A DNA stretch of 41,881 nucleotides from positions 1 through 41,881 of the IMG/VR virus record IMGVR_UViG_3300031519_000061; one strand, given 5' to 3'. The position numbers and the translations under genes are program-made. This DNA comes from a virus (taxonomy: Duplodnaviria > Caudoviricetes). The first letter of the stretch is position 1. Each line of letters opens with the position of its first letter. The notes under the pieces are model-generated. The model was not told where the DNA came from. It did no database searches and worked only from the letters and a program-made list of their open reading frames with translations. Positions 26,401-37,000 of this stretch are shown here, piece after piece.

Positions 26401-29062
26401 AGACACACAGTTTGATACCGAAATTTTAGGTATGAGACTGCTTATTATTCAAGGTACAGGAGTTGGACAGTATGGGTACATAGCAGCTTATAATACTAGT
26501 TCAAAACTTGCTACAGTCAGGCAAGAAAGTACAAGCGAATTAGGTTGGGATCATGTTATGCCAGGATGGCCTATTGAAACTAATTTAGATAGTACAACAA
26601 CCTATAGAATTGAGCCTAGGATAACTGCAAGTCATCCAGGATTTTCAGCTACATACGCAAACTTACCTCAAAGTAGAACATTTTTTGATAGTGCTTTTGG
26701 TGACTTAACAGCATTTTATTTTAGCTTAGAATTAACGAATGGCAGTGCAGGTGTGCAAGATGCTACAGAAGTTGCAGCCGTGGTTAATGTAACACGCAAC
26801 GGTGAAGTATACGCAGTTACACTTTCTAATCCTGGAGCAGGGTATGCTGTAGGTGATGTCCTTACTATTCCAGGAACTAGTTTAGGAGGAGTTACTCCTG
26901 CAAATGATCTTGCAATTACAATAACAGAAAACTCAGAAGATAGTTCAAATACTATTATAGCGTTTACTATTTCTGGTAACGCTAGAACAGGAAGATACGT
27001 AGCACTTGCTGAACCAAACTTTGTAGTATATAGTGATGACGGAACAACTTGGTCAGAAGCTAATCTGTCAAGTGTGCGTGACTATTCGAGACTTATTACA
27101 GGAAAAAATAGATTTATAGCACTAGCAACCGGAACTAGTGTTTATAGTTTTAGCTATGACGGAGTAGCGTGGGTTGATAGAACCTTGCCTGCAAGTGCAA
27201 ACTGGATTGATGCTGCATATGGTACACCGCCAGGCACTACAGGAAGATTTGTTGCAGTTGCTGAAAACAGCCAAACAGCGGCATATAGTGCAGACGGGCT
27301 AAATTGGACATCTGCTAACTTACCAACAGGTGATGACTCTTCCGGCGATCAGTGGATGGGAATTGCATACGGTCAAGATAGATATGTTGTAATTACAGGT
27401 TCACAAACTAAAGATGTAGCATACTCGCAGGATGGCATAACTTGGTCAAGATATAATAACGTATTACCGGCAGGCAATTACGACTGGTTAAACTTAGTAT
27501 ATGGTAATAATAGATTCTTAGCATTTGCTAAAAATGGTGATGTTGCATATAGTGTTGATAAAGGTGCTACTTGGCAAGTAGGTACTTCGGCACCGTCGAT
27601 AGACGGATCAACAGATATGAACTGGAACGATATTAAATATGGACAAGGTGTTTTTGTTGCAGTGTGTGACACAGGCGGTATAGAATTTGGTGAACTAATT
27701 GACGGTAGCCCTGGCGGAGAAACAGTTGGACCCACTGACTATCTTGCAACGTCAGAAGATGGGATTAAATGGTATCCTCGTAATACGATCCATCCACATT
27801 ATTGGAAAACTATAATGTTTAGTAATGTAAATGACGAACCTGAATGGATTATGTTAGGCGACAGTAATACAAATAATGCTGTTGCTAAAATAAAAACCGG
27901 ATCTCAAGCAAAGGTTAGAGCAGATATTACTGCTGGCTCATTTACTCAAATTAAGATATGGGATCCAGGTAGTGGATATAGTGCCTCTAATCTACCAACA
28001 CTAACAATAGTAGACGCTGGAACTGATGCTCTAAGACATATTTCAGTAGTTGAGACTGTATCAAAAATAGGAAACAAAGTATTAGCACAACCTGACTTTG
28101 TTAATAGAGGGTCGGGGTATAAAACAACTACAAGTACAATTACTATTACTGGCGACGGCTACGCTGAAATCATTGAAGAAGCTGCTAATATAACATTGTC
28201 AGGAGTTGATCCAACACTTCCGGGACCCGGTGTGCAAGTTAGAATAACAGGAATACTAGATGATACTACTACTGACCCAGATGATTTAAAATTATTTGTA
28301 GGTGTAAAGGCTGTAGATTTAGGCGACGACGGTAGCGGCAACGGTACACGAAATGTTAGATTTCAACTTACGCCAACCTTAAAAAATGAGTATAATGTTC
28401 AGCATGGCACAGCAGTTACACTATCTACAGAATACAGTCAGTGTAGAATTTCAGGACACGACTTCTTAGATATAGGTACTGGTAACTTTACTGAGACTAA
28501 CTATCCGTTACTTTATTCAGGCGGCGCATATTTTACAAGCGCACCTGAAAACGAAGTATTAGAAGTTACCGGCGGCAGAGTCTTCTACGTTAGTACAGAC
28601 CAAGACGGTAACTTTAGAGCAGGCGAGTTATTTGGGGTTAACCAAGCAACTGGTGTTGTTACAATTAGTGCAGAGTTCTTTGATCTTGACGGTCTAAGCG
28701 AATTGTCACTAGGTGGCGTTAGACTTGGCGGTAGTGGTGCTGTTGTACAGGAATTTAGTACTGATCCAACATTTAGTGCAGATAGTAATAATATTATTCC
28801 TACACAAAAAGCTATTGCTTCGTTCTTAGCAGCACAGCTATCTGTAGGTGGTGCAGATCTTGAAACAAACAACATCCAAGCTGGACAGGTATCTGTAGGA
28901 AGTTCAGAAAATATTATTACAATGACCGGTGGAAATTATTTGAATTTTAATAGACCGGTAAACATTCAAGGTCAAGATGCACTTGGAAATCCAGCGGCAA
29001 TACAAGGTACTATTATAAGTCAAATGTTGTTTCATAGGAATTTTAATGATACAGTACAATAA
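23459..29062 (+). CDS. Giant virion protein C: CBM5/12-like repeats, beta-helix, Asp-box propeller
   Basis: About seven W...Y..GD.V.YGG..Y repeats, SPYIQ beta-helix, YSxDGxTW repeats, GHDFLDIGTG and STDQDGNFR conserved C-terminal blocks. Confidence 0.85.
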   Translation: MAEFSIDRFKYNWKGDWLAGADYIRDDVIRVNGKSYVCIVTHTASAAFRTDQNATVDGSSPPIPQPRWVVMTSGRSFVGAWATATNYNIGDITQFQGSLYVCQVAHASSDFHIDAANVDESLSEPTNNWVLIAAGTKYLTAWAGNTSYGLNVIVRFGGIAYKSIKVHLSTAVFGDDTANWEQYYNGYEYKGAWQGSTEYKVNDYVKYGPSIFTCTETHTSGTTELDDTRFTITFPGSQYDSEWSNVTAYNLGDIVRYGGNLYYAVNNNVDSNPGRVLVSDTEDSTIDWVVLAYGYNYRGTWSGYDEGYKTGDIVQRGGQLFIAVRDVSIGDGDGSSLDYLDEEVWSKLMPGKIFAGPWETNRLYSVGDVVINYGTSYYCNQEHLSESNNYPGDNGSGYEYWDILVQAGQPGGLLYGGDLLTYGLSRSEAGDGSSFGDSRVAIGTSGQVLSITDTLEAYWRNINTDTDIVYVGRHGKDKKGYGVASDKPFRTVKYACQYIEDNFQPLKPAKVSVATGRFEEIGPITVPAGCVVMGDELRATKVIASGPKTAYSGNYVTQHFAALAHINTILSDVLTGIAITPYAGNTTVQDLKMPQTNLAAINDIANLQINYTNYINFRVASGSTDPVMIGSNNKSALERFNAGTALELNKEFLAAESYAFMVGTYPAATFDEDQVIQDILYYIRGVKRDVQYDGNYATLFAARYISNSVLGSQNDDLFWMRDTTGLRQMTTDGLVGSLNPPGVFAQYQRPTGGSLVALDPGWGPADNRTWIVNRSPYIQGVTNIGTACVGQKIDGALHNGGNRSMVSNDFTQVLSDGIGAWVLNNARAELVSVFTYYCQVGYLAETGGVIRATNGNNSYGTYGAIAEGANPSEVPQACTVNNRQNEAIVSNALAGGTADQILVFEYSNTGQEYSTATSDIIGAGADAQVEFTDFRDGGLTELRLVNTTGSGSEGGSNYLIRQNSAQVTIPATSTLTLNTNEDTQFDTEILGMRLLIIQGTGVGQYGYIAAYNTSSKLATVRQESTSELGWDHVMPGWPIETNLDSTTTYRIEPRITASHPGFSATYANLPQSRTFFDSAFGDLTAFYFSLELTNGSAGVQDATEVAAVVNVTRNGEVYAVTLSNPGAGYAVGDVLTIPGTSLGGVTPANDLAITITENSEDSSNTIIAFTISGNARTGRYVALAEPNFVVYSDDGTTWSEANLSSVRDYSRLITGKNRFIALATGTSVYSFSYDGVAWVDRTLPASANWIDAAYGTPPGTTGRFVAVAENSQTAAYSADGLNWTSANLPTGDDSSGDQWMGIAYGQDRYVVITGSQTKDVAYSQDGITWSRYNNVLPAGNYDWLNLVYGNNRFLAFAKNGDVAYSVDKGATWQVGTSAPSIDGSTDMNWNDIKYGQGVFVAVCDTGGIEFGELIDGSPGGETVGPTDYLATSEDGIKWYPRNTIHPHYWKTIMFSNVNDEPEWIMLGDSNTNNAVAKIKTGSQAKVRADITAGSFTQIKIWDPGSGYSASNLPTLTIVDAGTDALRHISVVETVSKIGNKVLAQPDFVNRGSGYKTTTSTITITGDGYAEIIEEAANITLSGVDPTLPGPGVQVRITGILDDTTTDPDDLKLFVGVKAVDLGDDGSGNGTRNVRFQLTPTLKNEYNVQHGTAVTLSTEYSQCRISGHDFLDIGTGNFTETNYPLLYSGGAYFTSAPENEVLEVTGGRVFYVSTDQDGNFRAGELFGVNQATGVVTISAEFFDLDGLSELSLGGVRLGGSGAVVQEFSTDPTFSADSNNIIPTQKAIASFLAAQLSVGGADLETNNIQAGQVSVGSSENIITMTGGNYLNFNRPVNIQGQDALGNPAAIQGTIISQMLFHRNFNDTVQ

Positions 29063-29070
29063 GATAAATA
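29063..29070 (+). promoter_or_regulatory. Late promoter GATAAATA
   Basis: Immediately after the stop of the 1867-aa gene, ahead of GGAG and ATG 29089. Confidence 0.65.
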
Positions 29071-29088
29071 ACATAGCGGAGCAAATAA

Positions 29089-31044
29089 ATGGCAGAATTT
29101 AAACTTGGTAGAATCAGATTTGTATGGAAAAACGTGTGGGCTACCGCCACACAATATTTCCAAGACGATGTTGTTGCATACGGTGGGAAGATTTACATAT
29201 GCGTAATCGGCCACACTGCTGCTTCGGACTTCTTTACAGACTTTGATGTTAGTCCCCCAAACTGGAACCTTGTAAGTGATGGACAAGATTGGAAAGGCGA
29301 ATGGGAACCTCAAGTAGATTACATTGTTGATAACATTGTAAAATATGGCGGCAAATTATATATTTGTCAAACACGACACACATCAGCAGCTGACTCAACA
29401 ACTGGCCTTGAAGCAGATATTGCAAACTGGCAAATTTATGCTGAAGGTGTTGACTGGAAAGGTGACTGGAGCACAAGTTTTGATTACAAAAATAATGACT
29501 TAGTAAAGTACGGCGGCACAACATATGTTTGTAACCAAAATCATATTTCATCAGCTACAGTTGGTGGAGGATTAGAAGCAGATTTAAGTAAGTGGGATAT
29601 TTTTAATCAAGGATTTGATTATAAAGGTACATGGACTGCTAGTGTTAGATACAAAGTAAACGATGTTATTAAATTTGGTGCAAACACTTGGATAGCAACA
29701 GTATATCATACATCTTCAGCAGCATTTGCAACTGATAGTTCTAAATGGTCAAAATTTGTTGAAGGTTTCCAGTATGAAGCACGTTGGACAGGACCTGCAA
29801 CTTATCAACCAGGTGATGTTGTATCATATGGCGGCAATCAATATATTGCAATAACTGAAAATACCGGACAGCGTCCATCTACAAATACAGACGACTGGAA
29901 TTTGTTTTCTGAAGGAATTAGATTTATTGGCCAATGGGGCGACGATAGTACTGACTTTGAATACGAAGTTGGTGACGTTGTAAGGCATGGCGGGTATACA
30001 TATAAAGCAAAACAAGACCACACTGGACAAATGCCACCTAATACTACTTATTGGGAGTTATTTAACACAGGTATTGACTGGCGCGGCGAATGGTTAGATG
30101 ACCAAATATATTACTTAGGTGACGTTATACGTTACGGTGATAACTCATATGTGTGTGTACTAGGACACATATCAGAAGGTGACGATTATTCATCAGTAGG
30201 TGATGCTGCTGGAGGATATGATGGTGGTAATCAAAACTCACGTCCAGACTTAGATGCTACAGGTACTTACTGGAACTTATTTAGTATTGGTTCTGAACAA
30301 AGTGTATTAACTACTGCCGGCGACTTACTATACTATGGCGGAGCAGGACCTACAAGATTGCCAGTTGGCGTTGACGGTCAAATTTTACAAGTTGGTAGCA
30401 CTGGATATCCTGAATGGGCAACAATAAACAGTGCAGATGATGTTTACTATGTTGCAGAACACGGTGTTGATGGACCAGCACCAGTTAACGGCAAAACAAT
30501 CGATCGTCCTTGGAGATCAATTAGATATGCCGCACAGCAAGTAGAACGAGGAACTAAGGTTGCTAATGCATGTAGGTTATTAGAACTAAACAGAAGATTC
30601 ATTCAAAGAGAAATAGTTGAGTGGACCGATAAACAAATTACAGATGGTACTAGTCCTTTTACAGCAGCCTTTGTTTACGATAGCGCAAAATGTGAAAGAG
30701 ATATGGGATTAATTATAGATGCATTTATTTGGGATTTAGGGCATGGAGGCAATGTTAGGTCGCGAGAAGTTGCATTACAATATGTGAATAACCCAGGTAG
30801 TTTTTATCTATTAGGGCAAAAGGAAGAAACTGTGGCAGCAATAAATTACGGACTAACATTGATAGAAAAAGTCTTAGCGCAATTAGCGCCGGCAGTAAAC
30901 TATCAAACAACAAACGGCGACAACTCTACATCAATAGTTGAGCAATATTTTGAAACTGCTTTAGGCAGACAAGACAATAAAGATTATGAAAGCACATCAT
31001 CTGGCGGCAGTGCAGTACCTGCGGTAAGTGGAGGAGACTACTAA
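29089..31044 (+). CDS. Giant virion protein D, N-terminal part (CBM5/12-like repeats, beta-helix cap, start of a helical repeat)
   Basis: Colinear with the first third of 23459-29062 (MAEF..R..WK, repeats, GDLL.YG, YV..HG.D). Confidence 0.85.
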   Translation: MAEFKLGRIRFVWKNVWATATQYFQDDVVAYGGKIYICVIGHTAASDFFTDFDVSPPNWNLVSDGQDWKGEWEPQVDYIVDNIVKYGGKLYICQTRHTSAADSTTGLEADIANWQIYAEGVDWKGDWSTSFDYKNNDLVKYGGTTYVCNQNHISSATVGGGLEADLSKWDIFNQGFDYKGTWTASVRYKVNDVIKFGANTWIATVYHTSSAAFATDSSKWSKFVEGFQYEARWTGPATYQPGDVVSYGGNQYIAITENTGQRPSTNTDDWNLFSEGIRFIGQWGDDSTDFEYEVGDVVRHGGYTYKAKQDHTGQMPPNTTYWELFNTGIDWRGEWLDDQIYYLGDVIRYGDNSYVCVLGHISEGDDYSSVGDAAGGYDGGNQNSRPDLDATGTYWNLFSIGSEQSVLTTAGDLLYYGGAGPTRLPVGVDGQILQVGSTGYPEWATINSADDVYYVAEHGVDGPAPVNGKTIDRPWRSIRYAAQQVERGTKVANACRLLELNRRFIQREIVEWTDKQITDGTSPFTAAFVYDSAKCERDMGLIIDAFIWDLGHGGNVRSREVALQYVNNPGSFYLLGQKEETVAAINYGLTLIEKVLAQLAPAVNYQTTNGDNSTSIVEQYFETALGRQDNKDYESTSSGGSAVPAVSGGDY

Positions 31045-34000
31045 TGGCCACAATATTTGAAACAATTACAAGTCTTAATACTGTTATAACAGATGCTATT
31101 ACAGCAGGTGTTGCAACAAATATTCCTAATAGGATTATTAGAAATACACTTATTAAAGTTAGCACTGGAAAATATTACGAAGTACTTCCTATTATTGTAC
31201 CTGCAGAATGTTGTATTATAGGTGACGAACTACGTGCAACAAATGTTCAACCACGTAAAGCAAGTAATTCTAGCTTAACTCCTGCAGATGACTTTAAGTA
31301 TACAATTAACAGTCTTGAAAGAATCGAAACAGTAATTGGCGACATTGTGCAAGGTGTAGCAGTAACACCAACAACTGGTAATACTCGTACACAGAATAGA
31401 ACTTGGCCATATGCAGAAACAGCTGGGCCAGCGACAGCATCGAAGCAACTTGCTAGAACAATAAAACGAAGAGTTGATATCGGCCTAGGCAACAAAGTTG
31501 AAGCTAATTATAAAGATTCTTGGGATATGGGGACGCCTGCATATGGTTATGCAAGAGAAGGATTACTACTTAATAAAAAGTTTATACAAGAAGAAGCTAC
31601 AGCATATATTACAGCAAACTATGCTACATTAAAATATAGTAGAACAAAATGTAAACAAGACGTAGGATTTTTGTTAGACGCAATAGCGTATGATTTAACC
31701 TATGGCGGAAACTGGCAAACTGTAAAAGCTGGAGAAGCGTACTACGAAGGTACTAATTTACAAATTAATTCAAGTGAACTTGTAGCTACAATAGCAACAT
31801 ACGGATATTTAAAAAGCATTTCACAAAGTATAAGTAAAGACACTACTGTGACTCCTGTATTAAATAGTGTACAAGTACAACTTACTTTAGCAAAAGCCGG
31901 ATCAATAGCTGCGTCAAATGCTGTTGCAGCATTATTTGACGACTTTATTAATATCCTAACTAACGGGTCAGGAAGTGAAACAATCACTTATCCAACTACT
32001 ACTAGTGTTGCTGATGGATTAGCAGATGCAAGTCTTTCTTTACTAAATGTTAAAGCAACTGTACAAAAAAACACTATTGATTTTATTAACGGACACTTTG
32101 GCAACTTTCAATATAATAGTGCAAAATGTCGTAGAGACTTAGAAAATATTATTACAGACACATCATATGATGTTGCACTTGGTACTAACTATAATGCTGT
32201 GTTTAACGGCCGTGCATATAATAGACCTAACAATGCATATAATCTAAGCGCACAAAGACCAGAAACAGTTGGTGCTATTAGAAATGCAAGAGACGAATTA
32301 AAAATTAGTGTTACAACAGACGGCTCATCAGCAGTAGGGTCAAGTAACGCTTCGGCTAGAATTACAACAGCATATGACGAAATTGTTGATATGATTAACA
32401 ATGGGCTAAGTGCTGAAAATTCATTAAGTTTTCCAGATCCTGGATCACCTACTTTTGTTCAAAACAATAAAGACGCAAAAGACAATCTTATTGCTAACAA
32501 GGCATTTATTCAAGCAGATGTTGTTGCGTATGTTGACAATACTTACGGTTCATTAGTATATGATTCAGGCAAGTGTAGCAGAGATGTTGGATATATTATT
32601 GATGCTTTATGTTATGATATTTTATATACCGGTACACAAGCAACTACGCGAATTGCTGAAAGTTATTTTGTTAACGGCACAACACAAGTATATGGTCAAG
32701 AAACCGAAACTGTTGCAGCTTACAATCACCTAAAAAGTATTGTAGGAAAGATTGTTCAAGAGCAATCAGTAACTGCACAAAGTGGTCACGCAGTAACACA
32801 AACTACACCAGGTACACCAGCTAGTGGTACAGAAGAAACTCTATTAGATGCAAAAATAGATATTATCACAGCAGCAATTACAGCTGGAAACTTAAATAGT
32901 TTACCAGCTTCAGTTTATCCTCCAATTGCTTGGGCAGATGCAGAATACGAAGTTGCTCATTCAAATATTTTAAGTGATAAAGAAGACGTAATTACAAGTA
33001 CAGTACAGTATATTAATACAACTTACAACACAACATTCAAATACAACCATGCTAAGTGTTCAAGAGATATTGGATTATTACTTGATGCAGCACGTTATGA
33101 TTTTATGTTAGGATCAAATGTTGCAAGCATTAATGCAGGGTTAAGTTACTTACGTAGACCTAGTGCAAAGATTATAGGTGCTCAAAAAGGAGCGACAATT
33201 GCAGCTAACGAATATGTTAGAACACAATTATTAAATGCAATTGATTCAACAGATAATGTAGTAGGTGATTACTGGTATAACTTTACATATAATGAAGTAA
33301 CGTGTGCAAGAGACATAAGACTTCTAGTAGACTCAGTACGCTTAGATGTTGCATTTAACAGTAATCACAGATCAATTGCTTCAGCACTACGTTATTATAG
33401 TGGCACAGTTTCAAACCTTGTTGTTCTTAATAAACAATTAAAACAAACAACTGAATCGTTTACAAAGGCCAAAACATTGATGGCTGCAGAACTTAGTGAT
33501 GCAACAGCAATAGCTCGTTCAAATGCACTATGGGACGAAATTATTGATATTGTAACAAATGGTAGCAGTGCAGCAAATGCGTATAGTCGACCTAATCCAA
33601 CTGGATATAATACCAGTTATTTGGCAACATACGGTAACGCTAGAGCACAACTTATTGCTAACAAAACATTTATTCAAGACGAAATTGATGCTTGGATTGC
33701 TGTACAAAAAGCAGCATCAAACGCACCGTTCTTTCCAGGATTTGTATATAATGCAACAAAGTGTAGAACTGACGTTGGATTGATCATTGATGCATTATTA
33801 TTTGATTTAACATACGGCGGCAACTTACAAACGTATGATGCAGCGTTAGCGTATTATGTTGGAGCAGCATCGCAACTAGGTGGTGCAGAAAAAGCCGCAA
33901 CACTAGCAACTTATGCAAGATTAAAAACAGTTGTTGAGCAAGTTATTGGCGAAACAGGTGTATCAAAATCAGCTGGAAACTCAGGAACACAAGACACGTC

Positions 34001-37000
34001 TGGAACAGCAGGTAACGCAGGCGTTATTACTTTTGCAGGCAATAGAGTACAAGAAATTATTGATTATATTGCAAGCGACGGAACAGCAAATCCATCAAGA
34101 ACATATCCAGGATTAGCATGGGTGAGTGGAACATTGCAATCTGAATATGCAGCAATTAGCTTTGATGTTCAGAGACAAATAGGTAATGCTACTACTAGAT
34201 GGATTACTAATCGAATTGTAATTGCTCACATTAATAACTCTTGGGAATGGATACAAGACATTATCTTTAGTGGTAGTGATGAAGGAAGTAATACACAGAC
34301 ATCAGACGTCGAAGTATATAATGCTGTTAGGCAGCTAGAGTTAAACAAAGAATTTATTGTAGACGAAGCACTAGCATTTATAGACAACAAATATAAAGCA
34401 ATCGTTACAAGCACAGTAGTTGCTACAGAAGGTCAATTTGTCATTGACGATACTAGTTGGTTATTTGAAGGAATGCCTATAAAGTTTGTAGGCGGCGATG
34501 ACAGTTCTGACTCTGTAGAAAATGCATCTTTGACTGAAGGTACTACTTATTATGTAAAACGTGTGATTAGTGATACAAACTTTAGTATAACTACTACTAG
34601 GTACGGCAGTGTATATGAAACACTAGAATACGGTGAAGGATTCACAGTACAAAAAGTTTATAGTTATAACCGTGCGCTATGTCAAAGAGATGTTAGAGAA
34701 CATATTGATGCTATCAAGTGGGATCTACAATGGCCACAAGAACAAAATAGAATATATAACAAGTTTGGTTTTGATGTTTCACTTTACTTGCCAGCTGTGT
34801 ATAGAACACGATTGGGTTCGCGCTACTATGTAAATAGTGTAATTGGTTCACAAGAATCAGATTTCTACTACTTGCGCAATGGCACAGGATTAAGACTGCA
34901 AACAATGGAAGGTCTACAAGGCGACTTAGGACCTGCAAACGCATACGGTACAAGCAGACCAACAGCAGGAGCATATGCATCGTTGGATCCGGGTTGGGGA
35001 CCAGATGATACCCGTGTATGGATATCAGCACGTTCACCATATGTACAAAACTGTACAACGTTTGGTTTTGGTGCTATTGGTCAAAAAATTGACGGTGCGC
35101 TACACAACGGCGGCAATGATAGTATTGTTAGTAATGACTTTACACAAGTTATATCAGACGGTATTGGTGCATGGATTACTAATAACGGACGTGGCGAACT
35201 TGTGTCAGTGTTTACATACTATTCACATGTTGGATACTTGTGTGAAGCTGGTGGAAGGATGAGAGCTACTAACGGTAACAACTCTTACGGAACGTATGGT
35301 AGTGTTGCTGAGGGTGTAGACGCAGATGAAATTCCAGTAACAGCTATTGTTGATAACGAACAGCAATATAGAGCTGTTATAGCTAATGTATATACAGACG
35401 CAGTTAACCAAATACTGGCACTGGAATATAGTCATGCTGGTAATGGTTATACCGAAGCTAAACTAGATATATTTGGCGCAGGCGATAGTGAGATTCTAGT
35501 ACAAGATGAATTTAGAGACCAGGCTGTTAACCAAATAAGAGTAATAGAAGTTGATGACTCGACTGGAAATCCAGATGCTACAGCAGGTGGTAGCGGGTAC
35601 TTACAAGTAACTAACACTGCACAGACAGGTAATAGCACTAGCTTAACTATTGCAGCTACAGATGGTAATTCAAGTACTGCATACCCAGGAATGAAAATTT
35701 ATATCACTTCGGGCGCTGGCGTAGGTTTATTTGGTGTAGTTAACACGTATAACTCGGGTACAAAAGTTGCAACTGTTAATAAAGAAACAGACGGGACTGC
35801 TGGATGGGATCATGTTGTTCCAGGAACAGCATTTGTATCACCTAACAGCTCATCAATTTACTTAATTGAACCAAGGTTAACATTTACTGCTCCGTCTAGA
35901 ACAGATACTACTGCTACTATTACAAGCGATGTTTGGAATGATGTAAAATTCATAGAAACATCAGCTCAGTATACTAACCAGGCTGTTACAACACAAAGCG
36001 ATGGTTTAGACGCAACATTTAATGTAACAAGAAACGGTGAAAAATATTATGTACTGATCAACACAGCTGGAACAGGCTATGTTAGAAAAGACACAGTTAC
36101 TATACCTGGATCTAATTTAGGTGGTGCAACTCCTGCAAATGATATTGTTATTACTGCAACTACAGTTAATAGTGCAACAGGTGCTATTGAAGAATTTGAC
36201 TTTGATGGCGTAGGCAGAAAAGGTAACTTTATTGCACTACCGGATGCTGGAACAACAGCTAAATCATCACTAGATGGCGCAACATGGACTACTTCTACAC
36301 TTGCAACAGGCGCAAACTATAAACGTGTAAGTAACGGATTAGTTGATGACGGATCCAGTACATTCAGACAAAGTTATGCAGTAGCAGTTGCTATTACAGG
36401 CGGAGCAACAGTTACAAACTACAGCTTAACTGGTACAACTTGGACAGCACCGGGATCGCAACCATCACTAACTGCTACAACTTATGCTGATACAGCATTT
36501 GGACAAGTTAGCACTACTACTGGTAGATTTATAATTATTGGTGATGGCGATAGAGATGTATCATACTCAGATGACGGCGGCACTACATGGACAACAACTA
36601 CAAACGCATTACCTAGCACAGGATTTAGTTCTGTAGCATACGGACAAGGTAAGTTTGTTGCAGTGAAACGTGCAGCACGAAATGTTGCATATTCAACAGA
36701 TGGTATTACATGGACTGAAGTAGCTACAGGATTGCCAGCAGCTGATGACTGGGAAGACATAGTATATGGTAAGGGTAGATTCTTTGCTATAGCAACTGAC
36801 ACAAGAAACGGTGCATATAGCTTGGACGCAGGAGCAACTTGGACACAACAAGCAATTACAACAGGTGGTTCTAACGCAGCAACACCAGTGCGCATTGAAT
36901 ATGGGCAAGGAATGTTTATTGTTACTACAACCGATACTAACGAATTGTCTTATAGTGAAGACGGCGTTTATTGGCCTGCTCCGTATACAATTACAGCAGC

